Origin: Eledone cirrhosa
Lineage: Eukaryota
Length of the DNA stretch: 64,000 bases
Direction of reading: 5' to 3'
Assembly: GCA_964016885.1 (NCBI GenBank)
Contig: CAXHJY010000262.1
Location: forward strand, 76,621-140,620
This document shows, piece by piece, positions 26,177 to 38,279 of this stretch. The position numbers and the translations under genes were made by a program. Position 1 is the stretch's first letter; the number at the start of each line of letters is the position of its first letter. The notes under the pieces are model-generated. The model was not told where the DNA came from. It worked only from the letters and a program-made list of their open reading frames with translations, and did no database searches.

Positions 26177-26600
26177 TTATACCCTTTATTATTTCCTTAC
26201 CTTATAAAATTATATGTTTTTTCACAAAAAAGTATTGTCTCTTATATATTCCATGTGCCATTACCAACCTCAATTTTCTCTACATATATATATATATATA
26301 CATATATATACATATATATATATACATATATATACATATATATAGACATATATATACATATCTATATATATACATATATATATATATACATATATATACA
26401 TATATATAGATATCTATATATATATACATATATATAGATATCTATATATATATACATATATATACATATCTATATATATACATATATATACATATATATA
26501 TATATACATATGTATACATATATATACATATATATATATATACATATCTATATATAAACATATCTATATATATATATACATATCTATATATAAACATATC

Positions 26601-26634
<34 letters not shown>

Positions 26635-26676
26635 CATATATATACATATCTATATATATACATATCTATATACATA

Positions 26677-26720
<44 letters not shown>

Positions 26721-26916
26721 TATATACATATATATATACATATATATACATATCTATATATATACATATCTATATATATACATATCTATACATATACATA
26801 TCTATATATATACATATCTATACATATACATATCTATATATATATACATATCTATACATATCTATATATATATACATATCTATACATATCTATATATATA
26901 TACATATCTATACATA

Positions 26917-26994
<78 letters not shown>

Positions 26995-27121
26995 CACATA
27001 TATATATAGGTTGAAAAAAATGAAAACGAAATTTCATTTCTCACTCTTAGTATGGCACTTACTTAAATGTAAGTATGTATGTATACGTACATACATATAT
27101 GTATACAGACGTACAGTAGCA

Positions 27122-27186
<65 letters not shown>

Positions 27187-27345
27187 GCATGCAGGTACAC
27201 ATACATATATGCACGCATCAGTTTAGCCGACGTTTATTATAACGCCTGCTTTGTTCGTTTGTTTGTCAACAAATCGAACAGCCTGAATTTATGCCATACG
27301 GTGTTAAGGCAACCACGTCACCTTTTTGTTCAACACTGACACAGG

Positions 27346-27390
27346 AACGATGTACTAGTTTCAAGCTTGCTAGCTATCATCAGCACCGTT
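27346..27390 (-). ncRNA. Type I minimal hammerhead ribozyme
   Basis: Minus strand aacggtg CTGATGA t agct agca agct t GAAA ctag TA catcgtt: 7-bp stem I, palindromic stem III actagt, GUA site. Confidence 0.88.
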
Positions 27391-27624
27391 TACCCATCTG
27401 CCAGATAGTTGAACGTTCGAAAGTATATACTTTCCTTATGAAAATTAACGGCTGAGCAGCCTAATTTGCATATTGAGTGAGTTAAATCGGTCAGGCATAC
27501 CGAAAACGATAAGTTGAAAAAAATGAAAACGAAATTTCATTTCTCACTCTTAGTATGGCACTTACTTAAATGTAAGTATGTATGTATACGTACATACATA
27601 TATGTATACAGACGTACAGTAGCA

Positions 27625-27704
<80 letters not shown>

Positions 27705-27870
27705 CACATATGCATACAGGTACACATACATATATGCACGCATCAGTTTAGCCGACGTTTATTATAACGCCTGCTTTGTTCGTTTGTTTGTCAACAAATC
27801 GAACAGTCTGAATTTATGCCATACGGTGTTAAGGCAACCACGTCACCTTTTTGTTCAACACTGACACAGG

Positions 27871-27915
27871 AACGATGTACTAGTTTCAAGCTTGTTAGCT
27901 ATCATCAGCACCGTT
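27871..27915 (-). ncRNA. Type I minimal hammerhead ribozyme (second unit)
   Basis: Same as 27346-27390; the only change is in loop II. Confidence 0.88.
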
Positions 27916-28149
27916 TACCCATCTGCCAGATAGTTGAACGTTCGAAAGTATATACTTTCCTTATGAAAATTAACGGCTGAGCAGCCTAAATTGCATATTG
28001 AGTGAGTTAAATCGGTCAGGCATACCGAAAACGATAAGTTGAAAAAAATGAAAACGAAATTTCATTTCTCACTCTTAGTATGGCACTTACTTAAATGTAA
28101 GTATGTATGTATACGTACATACATATATGTATACAGACGTACAGTAGCA

Positions 28150-28221
<72 letters not shown>

Positions 28222-28284
28222 TATACACATATATAAATGAAAGGTATAGAAAACATTGTAGCAAAGAGCCAACAGTATTCCATA

Positions 28285-28323
<39 letters not shown>

Positions 28324-28526
28324 GTATTTACGTATCGAGAAAGAGAAAAAAAGGGGGGATAGGTGATAGATATAGTTATTTGCCAAGTAGCATATGCCAA
28401 AGGTGCTCGATACTAGTGCCGGCAGTATTAAATATTCAAAGTGTTAATATTTAGTGAGCAGAGCGTAAGCACGTCTGAAAGTAAAAAATCGGAGAATAGA
28501 CCGTTAAAACATGTTTATTTAAAACA

Positions 28527-28566
28527 GCACCTACGTACATTTCGCCCAGTTGGGCTTCTCAAGGGC
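28527..28566 (-). ncRNA. Type I hammerhead ribozyme, U3-A8 variant (left arm)
   Basis: Minus strand gccc TTGAGAA gcccaactgggc GAAA tgtacg TA ggtgc. Confidence 0.7.
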
Positions 28567-28767
28567 ATAAATAATTACAAGTGTTCCCTATATTGCCAAA
28601 AAGTTTTTGGGGTTAAATCCACATCAAGGTTCATTGCTCGCAAAAATTTCTTGTTTTGACCTGCTGCAAAATCAAAACAAGATATTTTTGCGAGCAATGA
28701 ACCTTGATGTGGATTTAACCCCAAAAAATTTTTCCGAGCAATATAGGGAACACTTGTGATTATTTAT

Positions 28768-28807
28768 GCCCTTGAGAAGCCCAACTGGGCGAAACATACG
28801 TAGGTGC
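28768..28807 (+). ncRNA. Type I hammerhead ribozyme, U3-A8 variant (right arm)
   Basis: gccc TTGAGAA gccc aact gggc GAAA catacg TA ggtgc; stem I short and bulged. Confidence 0.7.
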
Positions 28808-29090
28808 TGTTTTAAATAAACATGTTTTGACGGTCTATTCTCCGATTTTTTTACTTTCCCACGTATATATATACATATATATATACATATATATACATAC
28901 ATCTATACATATACATACATATATATATACATATATATACATATATATACACATATATATACATATATATACACATATATATACATATATATACACATAT
29001 ATATACATATATATACATACATCTATACATATATATACATATATATATACATATATATACACATATATATACATATATATACATATATAC

Positions 29091-29122
<32 letters not shown>

Positions 29123-29354
29123 ACATATATATATATACATATACATATATATATATAGATATACATATATATATATACATATACATATATATACATATAT
29201 ATATATACATATACATATATATACATATATATATATACATATACATATATATATATTCTAGTCGATCGACTTTCGTCAAATCGGACCGAGGAAACTATGT
29301 TTCCGTTGGTCTTTCCAATTGCTAATACTATCTATCGGTCGCAACTCCAGGTAG

Positions 29355-29473
29355 AAGGAGCAACGTGAAATAAAGTGTCTTGCCCAAGGACATAACGCAT
29401 CGCCTGGTTCAGGAATCGAACTCACAACCTCACGATTGTGAATCCAATACTCTAACCACTCAGCCACACGCCT
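29355..29473 (-). mobile_element. tRNA-derived SINE family 2 (CORE-like), 5' part
   Basis: tggctgagtgg A-box, gttcgattcc B-box, gtccttgggcaagacacttt CORE-like motif. Confidence 0.8.
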
Positions 29474-29480
29474 TCACATA

Positions 29481-29518
<38 letters not shown>

Positions 29519-29581
29519 CATATATATATAGATATATACATATATATATATACATACATATACATATAAACATATATATAC

Positions 29582-29630
<49 letters not shown>

Positions 29631-29722
29631 AAGTTATATTTAAAATTGTTGGGTTACAACTAGTAAATATTTATAACTGATATATTTATCGAATATATTT
29701 ATCTATAAAACTGTTTATATTG

Positions 29723-29788
29723 TATTTTGTCTGATGAAGGCATAGCATATTGTTAATATGATATCCCCGAAATATATATAATGAAATA
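29723..29788 (+). ncRNA. Type I minimal hammerhead ribozyme (canonical core)
   Basis: tattttgt / CTGATGA / ggcatagcatatt..aatatgatatccc / GAAA / palindromic atatatat A / atgaaata. Confidence 0.78.
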
Positions 29789-29949
29789 AATATGGTTTTA
29801 TAAATATAGTTTTCCATTTATTTAATATTGTATATATATATATATATATATATATACATTTTCGTTATTTCGTAGGCTGAAATGCGATTCTCGATAATTT
29901 ATATTTGTATTAATCTAGCTATTGACCAGTTAATTTTCTTGATATTTTA

Positions 29950-30950
29950 GTTGCTTCTATTGACTGATGAATAGCTTATGTTAATTTTAACCCTTCTGTT
30001 GAGAACTCTATTCGATTTGTGAAGTTTTTGCATTCTTGCAATAATATACACAACTGAATTCATTCGCCTGATTTAGGGGTTGCCTCCCTTGCCGATCCCC
30101 ACGTGGGTCAGCAATAGTCAGTCCGTGTATTAACATTGAACTAAAACCTGTTGAGAAAGTGGCTTCCTTGTTCAATCATCTTACCAGAAGCCTAACATTA
30201 TTTATGTAAGCAGACAGTAATTGATTTAGGAGCTGCAGAAACCCAAATGCTGGATTTTGCCAACATTCCAGGGGTCCGGTAAATTTTCAATCACAGAGAT
30301 TTTTCATTTGTTTGACCCGAATTACTTGATCGTTTTTTTGACTGTGCGGATGATTGTTTAACCATCGTTTCAGTGTGTTTGGCCTTTAACCATTCTACAA
30401 AAAAAAAAAACTCCATATCTTGGGAACAGGAGGGAATGCAGATTATGTTCAGGAGAGATCTTGGAAATTACTAAATCTAAGGACGATTTATTAAATAAAA
30501 GACAGGAATTGATCATGGTCTGTAATCATTGTATACAAAAAACATTTAAATACTATAAACCTAATTAAATATTCTAAACAGCAACTCACTATAATTCTGT
30601 ATAGAATAACATTTATTAGTACCTCTTTCCCCTAATTATATGCTTTCATGCTTATTTTTGCCTTTTAATGTTTTAGCCTCCTTAGATTTATGCGTTAATG
30701 ACTAAAGGCAACTGACTGCTAGAAATAGCAGCGATATTATCCATTACAACTTAGTCTTTTTTGTTTAAAATCTCCAAAGTTTAGTTATACAATCAACAGT
30801 AAGCCTTTTGTACAGACTTCGGAATAAACTGGAAGACCGTCAAAATATCATTCTCCTTCTCTCTCTCTTTAAGCAAAGAATCGTTGCTTTCACCCTTAAC
30901 GGGATCTTCTGAAACTCATTATTTTAATAAATAGTTGCTCTACGGCTTAT
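29950..30950. mobile_element. Penelope-like element remnants in both orientations
   Basis: Plus 30410-30565 encodes TPYLGNRRECRLCSGEILEI..LLNKRQELIMVCNH, resembling the C-terminus of PLE GIY-YIG proteins; minus ~29960-30030 HKSNRVLNRRVKINISYS; 30090-30390 is an inverted homologue of 59140-59650. Confidence 0.6.
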
Positions 30951-31034
30951 ATATACATATATATATATATTATCCTTATCGAATCCCCTACAGATTTTGG
31001 TCTTCACACACACATATATATATATATATATATA

Positions 31035-31207
31035 GGCACATGGCTTAGTGGTTAGAGCATTGGGCTTGCAATCGAAAGGTTGTGAGTTCAATTCTCGGGC
31101 CGTATGTGCAAGACAGGGTCAGCCGACCGGACACTGCCCACAACAGGACAACCCGTCTAACCCATGCTAGCGTGGAAGAACGGACGAAAAAAGGTGATGA
31201 TGATGAT
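31035..31207 (+). mobile_element. tRNA-SINE head fused to an RTE 3' end with (GAT)n tail
   Basis: ggcacatggcttagtggttagagc..gttcaattc then gacaacccgtctaacccatgctagc..gatgatgat; paralogue at 44623-44773. Confidence 0.75.
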
Positions 31208-31219
31208 ATATACACGTGT

Positions 31220-33140
31220 ATATTGTTGTGTTGCTAACATGACCAACCTACAGGGTGGACTGGGTGCTCTTCGTTGTGACCACCACCTAACAGAGCAGAC
31301 TTGGTGCTCTTTGTCATGTCACCAATTTGACTACTTTGAAGGGTGCTTCGTGTGCCTTCAGTCTTGCCACTAGCATGACCACTTTTCAGAGTGGGCTGGG
31401 GGCCTTCTGTCATGTCTATCTCACAGGGTGGACTGGGTGCTAATTTGTCATGTCACCAGCATGACTACCTTGCAGGGAGGGTTAGGTATTCTTTTGTCTT
31501 GTTACCTAACAGAGGACTTGGTGCTCTTTTGTCATGACACCTGCATGACAGGGTTGCCTGAGGGCTTTTAGCCATTTCAGCAGCATTGGAGGAGAGCATG
31601 TCAAGCTTTCCATACTTGTATACATGGGTTTGTCAAGAGAGGTGAAAGTGGGGGGTGGAGTTGTGTGTATGTAGGGTGGGGATTGGAGAGGTAGGTCAGG
31701 GTGGTGTACTTAGCTGGTAAGGGGGTGGAGTGTTAAGATGTGGGGAGTTGGAAAATTGGAGCATACTTCAAACCACTAAATGTTTCATCCCGTGCACATG
31801 GGAATGCAGGTCTCCTGCAGTACTGTATAACGCCAGAGATTTCAATCCTGTGTCATCACCTTTGAGAGGTACTAGGGTGTCAGGTCAGTTTTTACCCCCT
31901 CATCCCAAGCTTTCCTAGGTCTTCCTCTTCCATCAATTTCAAACAGTCAACCTTTTATACAGCACATAACATGTCCATAATAATGCAATCTCCTCTTCTG
32001 CATACTGTATCTTATCCATCTCATGTCCAGGTTCTCTCTCAGTTTATTTACACTTTCCCCTTCATGTATATTAATATTACACATCCATCGGAGAATTCAA
32101 GCTTCATTTCAATCCAATCTTCTGAGGTCCTCACTGCAATGCAGCATTGCTGTTCATATGCACACATCAATTTGGTGAAACAACCTTTTGTAGCTAGCAG
32201 TAGTAGTAGTAGCACGCTAAACCTTTGCCATCTTGTTCTTACTCTGGTTACTGTACTTTCAGAACACCTACCTCCACTGCTAATTTGGTCACCCAGATAA
32301 CAGAAACTGTCAACTGCTTCTATGGATCCCATTAAATATTTGATAGAGCTTGTATCATAAACACGATTGCTGCTTACTGCTCCAGTGCAATGACCCCTCG
32401 TAAAATCTACGTTCTTAGCTAACTTACCATGTATGTGTGACCATTAGTTTCTGAGTCCAGTTATGGCACCACTGTTTATTAGGGGAGGTACTTCCAAACA
32501 GACCCTTCATTAGGTATGCTGACAAATATATTTTGCAATCTAGGCGACTTAATTAGCAGTGTAGGGAGCTGCTCTGAAAGATGAATAGCTAGAATAAGGA
32601 TAGGATGGAAAAAGTTTAGAGAGCTACTGCAACAGTTGACCACAAAAGGTTTCTCTCTCTGTACAAAAGGACAACTGTATGACACATGTGGGTGATGTGC
32701 AATGATGAATGGTAATGAAACAAGGGCTGTGACTGCAGAGGATATGTAGACTGGAGAGAAATGAAGCAACCATGCTTTGTAGGATATGTTGTGTAAGTGC
32801 GAGAGAAAGACAGAGCTTGGACAAGTTCAAGAAGAAACTGGGTTTAAGAGTGATCTGAAGTGGTGTGTAAGAGAGAACACTGTGTTTGTACGGTCATGTG
32901 ATGAACATGGATAAAATACCACTGGGTGATGAAGTGCCAGAAAATCCCAGTAGAAGGAAGCCATAGTAGAGGTAGACCAAGAAAGACCTGGACAGAAGCT
33001 GTGTGAACTGACTTCAAATAACTGACTCTCACAGAGGACATGACAAAGGAACATGATGAGTTGAAAGATGCCATGTTGAGAAGGACCTGTTCAACCAAGC
33101 ATGGAAAAACGGACATAAAAACAGTGATGTTGATGATGAC
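31220..33140. mobile_element. Old RTE LINE remnants (minus then plus), part of the duplicated ZNF unit
   Basis: [25 protein letters not shown]-type fragments; paralogues at 44810-47165 and 61030-62660. Confidence 0.75.
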
Positions 33141-34074
33141 GTACATATACACACATACATAATAAATAAATCGAACACAGATATGCACATACTTATATAC
33201 AAACATATACATGGACACAAATTTCTACACACATACATTCACGTATGTAAATTCTGAATGATACAGTTTTGTCAGCACAAGTCTTGGTTACAACTTGTAC
33301 AAATAAAATGAAAGGAGAAGAAATTCTTAGTAAAACAGTTTTATTCAAAATATTAACATTGGTGGCACTATTTTAGGTGAGTGATATGGTTTTTATCTTG
33401 TCTAATTGTGTTGCATTAAGTAATCTTTACAAGAGAATGATTTATCACAGACATCACAGTGATATAGTTCCTCTCCTGTAGATGTTAGTGTGTAGTGAAG
33501 TCACAACATTTAGAGAAGCATTTACCAGACATCATAGTGATATGGTTCCTATCCTGTATATATTAGTGTGTAGTGAAGTCATAACATTTAAAAAATGATT
33601 TACCACAGTGATATGGTTCCTTTCCTGTATATGTTAGTGTCTAGTGAAGCCACAACAGTTAGAGAAAGATTTACCAAATATATCAAAGGCTTCCCAGCTG
33701 TATGTATATGTTTGTGTAGTTAATGTAACATTCAAAGAGAATGATTTCCCTGAGAAGTCACAATGATATGTATTTGTATTCTCATTAATTCACAAATTTG
33801 AGGGAATGATATATCACTGATGTCAATGCGTTATGATTTCTCTTCTGCATGTATAAGTTTGTGAGTAGTTAGACTACTTTTCCTAGAGAATGATATACCG
33901 CAGATATCACAGTGATATGGCTTGTCTCCTGTATGTATACGTTTGTGTCTAGTTAAGTGATTAATTTGAGAGAATGATTTACCACAGATATCACAGTGGT
34001 ATGGCTTGTCTCCTGTATGGGTATGTACATGCTTAATTAAGTGACTACTTCGAGAGAATGATTTGCCACAGATG

Positions 34075-35607
34075 TCAGTGATATGGCTTGTCTCCTGTAT
34101 GTATACGTTTGTGTGTAGTTACGTTACTACTTAGAGAGACTGATTTGCCACCAATATCACAGTGATATGGCTTGTCTCCTGTATGTGTATGTTTATGTGT
34201 AGTTAGGCTACTACTTACAGAGAATGATTTACCACAAATATCACAGTGATATGGCTTGTCTCCTGTATGTGTACGTTTATGTGTAGTTAGGTTACTACTT
34301 ACAGAGAATGATTTACCACAGATATCACAGTGATATGGCTTGTCTCCTGTATGGGTACGTTTGTGGCTAGTTACTTGACTACTTCGAGAGAATGATTTGC
34401 CACAGATATCACAGTGATATGGCTTATGTCCTGTATGTATACGTTTGTGTGTAATTAAGTTACTACTTAGAGAGAATGATTTGCCACCAATATCACAGCG
34501 ATATGGCTTGTCTCCTGTATGTGTACGTTTATGTGTAGTTAGGCTACTACTTACAGAGAATGATTTACCACAGATATCACAGTGATATGGCTTGTCCCCT
34601 GTATGTGTACGTTTATGTGTAGTTAGGTTACTACTATCAGAGAATGATTTACCACAGATATCACAGTGGTATGGCTTGTCTCCTGTATGTATACGTTTAT
34701 GCTTAATTAAGGAACTACTTTCAGAGAATGATTTACCACAGATATCACAGTGATATGGCTTGTCTCCTGTATGGGTACGTTTGTGGCTAGTTAAGTGACT
34801 ACTTCGTGAGAATGATTTGCCACAGATATCACAGTGACATGGCTTGTCTCCTGTATGTATACGTTTGTGTGTAGTCAAGTTACTACTTTGAGAGAATGAT
34901 TTGCCACAGATATCACAGTGATATGGTTTGTCTCCTGTATGTGTATGTTTATGTGTAGTTAGGCTACTACTTAGAGAGAATGATTTACTACAGATATCAC
35001 AGTGATATGGCTTATGTCCTGTATGTATATGTTTGTGGGAAGTTAAGTTACTACTATCAGAGAATGATTTACCACAGATATCACAGTGATATGGCTTGTC
35101 TCCTGTATGTATACGTTTGTGAGCAGTTAAGTGACTACTGCCAGAGAATGATTTACCACAGATATCGCAGTAATATGGCTTGTCTCCTGTATGGGTACGT
35201 TTGTGAGAAAGTAAGTTACTACTTCGAGAGAATGATTTACCACAGATATCGCACTGATATGGTTTCTCCCCTGTATGGGTATGTATGTGAGTATTTAAGT
35301 GACTACTTCGAGAAAATGATTTACTACAGATATCGCAGTGATATGGTTTCTCTCCTGTATGTATATGTTTGTGATTAATTAAGTTACTACTATCAGAGAA
35401 TGATTTACCACAGATATCACAGTGATATGGCTTCTCCCCTGTATGTATATGTTTGTGAGTAGTTAAGGTACTACTTTTATTGAATGATTTACCACAGATA
35501 TCACAGTGATATGGCTTCTCTTCTCTAACCTTCATCAGCTCACCAGGAATACTAAACGATTTCGATTGTGTTTCGCATTTAATCTTCTTTGTCAATTTAT
35601 TTTCCAT
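34075..35607 (-). CDS. Tandem C2H2 zinc-finger protein, 17 finger units (2 with C to G), truncated by a frameshift
   Basis: 510-aa ORF; a 2-bp deletion near 34077 creates the stop; three more fingers continue to the ancestral stop at 33831. Confidence 0.85.
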   Translation of the reverse strand: MENKLTKKIKCETQSKSFSIPGELMKVREEKPYHCDICGKSFNKSSTLTTHKHIHTGEKPYHCDICGKSFSDSSNLINHKHIHTGEKPYHCDICSKSFSRSSHLNTHIHTHTGEKPYQCDICGKSFSRSSNLLSHKRTHTGDKPYYCDICGKSFSGSSHLTAHKRIHTGDKPYHCDICGKSFSDSSNLTSHKHIHTGHKPYHCDICSKSFSLSSSLTTHKHTHTGDKPYHCDICGKSFSQSSNLTTHKRIHTGDKPCHCDICGKSFSRSSHLTSHKRTHTGDKPYHCDICGKSFSESSSLIKHKRIHTGDKPYHCDICGKSFSDSSNLTTHKRTHTGDKPYHCDICGKSFSVSSSLTTHKRTHTGDKPYRCDIGGKSFSLSSNLITHKRIHTGHKPYHCDICGKSFSRSSQVTSHKRTHTGDKPYHCDICGKSFSVSSNLTTHKRTHTGDKPYHCDICGKSFSVSSSLTTHKHTHTGDKPYHCDIGGKSVSLSSNVTTHKRIHTGDKPYH

Positions 35608-36661
35608 AATTATTTCTTCTTCAACAGAATATACAAATGTTTTACTCGTAATATTTTTAATATTATATTTCTTATAAAAATATTTCTTCTTCTATATTTC
35701 CCTCAACTGTGATTTCAGTTAATATCTGAAGATAATACAAACTTCTTTTTCATCCAAGTTTAGTTAAAATACGAAACCATCTTATAGTTAAGAAAATATA
35801 CTCAATTTTGAGAAAATATTTCACAGTAATACGAGAGATTTATATAAACAGGGTTATATAAGTTCTGTTAAAAAAGTTGTTGTCTTAAAATGATGATAAA
35901 TAGAGGTGATGTATCCAAGATTGAAAATAATAATTTATACCAATGTCATCTGATATTCTGAAATAAGAAAGAAACAGTATGAGATAATACAGAATACTTC
36001 AGAAGCAGAGATAGATTTAAGTGGAAATCTTACAATTTTCCCAGCGCCGAAGACGTTACCTTTTCCCTAATATAAGTCCCAAAAATCTACCATATGTCCT
36101 GGAGGCCGAAGGTTATTTATCATTTTTTTCCAAAAATGTTGATGACTTCGGCGCTGGTAAATACGGTACATTGGTAAACTGTAGAAATGTACCTGTGTGA
36201 TGTTTATTTATATAAACCAAGGCTATATATATGTCAAACTACAGCTGCACCATCACTATAGCGGTGTCATCTAGTACAGGGCCCCAAAAGTGTGGTAACC
36301 TTGTGAAATGGGTTTGGCTCGGCCGACTGGCCAGCCCTTCTTTTAACCGTACCATTCAGTACCAGTCCCCATAATTATGGAAACTTCATGAAAAGGGTTT
36401 GGCCCATCTGGCTGGCCACCCCTCCTCATAATGGTGCCACCCAGTACCAGGACGTTAATTGATGATGATGATATATAATAAAATGTTGTAGTTTGCTTGA
36501 AGCATTCTATATAATATATAACGTTGAAAGAGATAGAAGGCTAAACAATGCAAAATGGACTGTAAGATGAGGTAACGAAAAGTAAAAGTTACCTGGTAAT
36601 CTTTGTTGTTGTTCTTTTATTTGTTGAATATTGCGGGACCTAAAAGTCCTTTCTTCAGGGT

Positions 36662-36877
36662 TTAACCCTTTAGCATTTACATTACTACATATATACTATT
36701 ATATTTCCATGGTAAACGCTTTACCTCACATAATATCGAATCTATGCGATTTTTATATTATTTATATTGAAAACAATACCATAACATCATTATGAGTGGC
36801 CAATTACGGCTGGTTTAAAACGAAAATGGGGACAAAATTCTGGCCACTTACGGCCAGTTTAAATGTTAAAGTGTTAA
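36662..36877. mobile_element. piggyBac-like MITE
   Basis: TTAA ccctttagcattta ... taaatgttaaagtg TTAA. Confidence 0.65.
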
Positions 36878-36974
36878 GCAACTTTCATTGGATAATGTTC
36901 CAATTTCCTCTCTTTGGGATTAAATTTTGACTTTGATTAAAAAATTTTCTAAGTCATTTTCAAGCATTTTATAA

Positions 36975-37972
36975 AATTGATGGGAGCTTTGAAGTAGGAA
37001 CACAGTTTGAAGTGATAAAAGCTGACCTCACACAATTGATGGAAGCTATGGAGTAAGAAGACCTAGTTTGAAGTCATAAAAGCTGACCTCATACAATTGA
37101 TGGAAGCTATGGAGTAAGAAGACCTAGTTTGAGGTGATAAAAGCTGACCTCACACAATTGATGGAAGCTATGAAGTAGGAAGACCTAGTTTGATGTGATA
37201 AAAGCTGACCTCACACAATTGATGGAAGCTGGGAAGTAGGAAGACGTAGTTTGAAGTGATAAAAGCTGACCTCACACAATTGATGGAAGCTATGGAGTAG
37301 GAAGACCTAGTTTGAGGTGATAAAAGCTGACCTCAGACAATTGATGGAAGCTATGGAGTAAGAAGACCTAGTTTGAGGTGATAAAAGCTGACCTCACACA
37401 ATTGATGGAAGCTATGGAGTAGGAAGACCTAGTTTGAGGTGATAAAAGCTGACCTCACACAATTGATGGAAGCTATGGAGTAAGAAGACCTAGTTTGAGG
37501 TGATAAAAGCTGATCTCACACAATTGATGGAAGCTATAGAGTAGGAAGACCTGGGATGAGGTGATAAAAGCTGACCTTACACAATTGATGGAAGCTATGG
37601 AGTAAGAAGACCTAGTTTGAGGTGATAAAAGCTGACTTCACACAATTGATGGAAGCTATAGAGTAGGAAGACCTGGGATGAGGTGATAAAAGCTGACCTC
37701 ACACAATTGATGGAAGCTATAGAGTAAGAAGACCTAATTTGAGGTGATAAAAGCTGACTTCACACAATTGATGGAAGCTATAGAGTAGGAAGACCTGGGA
37801 TGAGGTGATAAAAGCTGACCTCACACAATTGATGGAAGCTATAGAGTAGGAAGACCTGGGATGAGGTGATAAAAGCTGACTTCACACAATTGATGGAAGC
37901 TATGGAATAGGAAGACCTGGGATGAGGTGATAGAAGCTGACCTCACACACTTGATGGAAGCTATGGAGTAGT
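36975..37972. repeat. 61-bp minisatellite (~16 copies) derived from RTE coding sequence
   Basis: Unit aattgatggaagctatggagtaggaagacctagtttgaggtgataaaagctgacctcacac. Confidence 0.95.
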
Positions 37973-38279
37973 AAGATAAGTACGGTTGTTTGAGGAAGAC
38001 CAGCAGTCGCCCATGTATACCAGTCTCTCACTCCACGCCACCGATGTTGTCCATGGGAAAGGCAATGACTGATACAGCTTGTTACCAGTGACATCACAAC
38101 ATATATATATTATATATACATTGTGTACACTATGTATTATACACTATATATGATGTTGTCCAAGGGAAAGGTAATGACTGATACAGCTTGGCACCAGTGA
38201 TTTCACAACATATATACTATATATACTATATATATACTATATATATTATATATACACTATGTACAGTATATATAGAATT

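Larger units (their letters stand above)
27011..28235 (-). mobile_element. Head-to-tail array (~2.4 units of 503-525 bp); each full unit has a hammerhead (retrozyme-like)
   Basis: Units start at 27011, 27514 and 28039 and are near-identical apart from internal (TA)n length. Confidence 0.88.
28477..28858. repeat. Fold-back element: ~185-bp inverted arms, 12-nt spacer, hammerhead in each arm
   Basis: 28477-28659 is the reverse complement of 28672-28858 with few differences. Confidence 0.92.

Noticed and set aside
29258-29320. Minus-strand GAAA gtcgatcgac TA resembling a hammerhead 3' half
   Set aside because: No YUGANRA core found at the right position; possibly truncated by the adjacent SINE
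29400-29473. tRNA-like sequences here and at 31035, 42400 and 44623
   Set aside because: SINE heads; no complete cloverleaf or acceptor stem, and they continue into SINE or LINE sequence
15880-29631. Many YI/IY/CV-rich ORFs
   Set aside because: Translations of (TA)n, (TACA)n and (TG)n microsatellites, not genes
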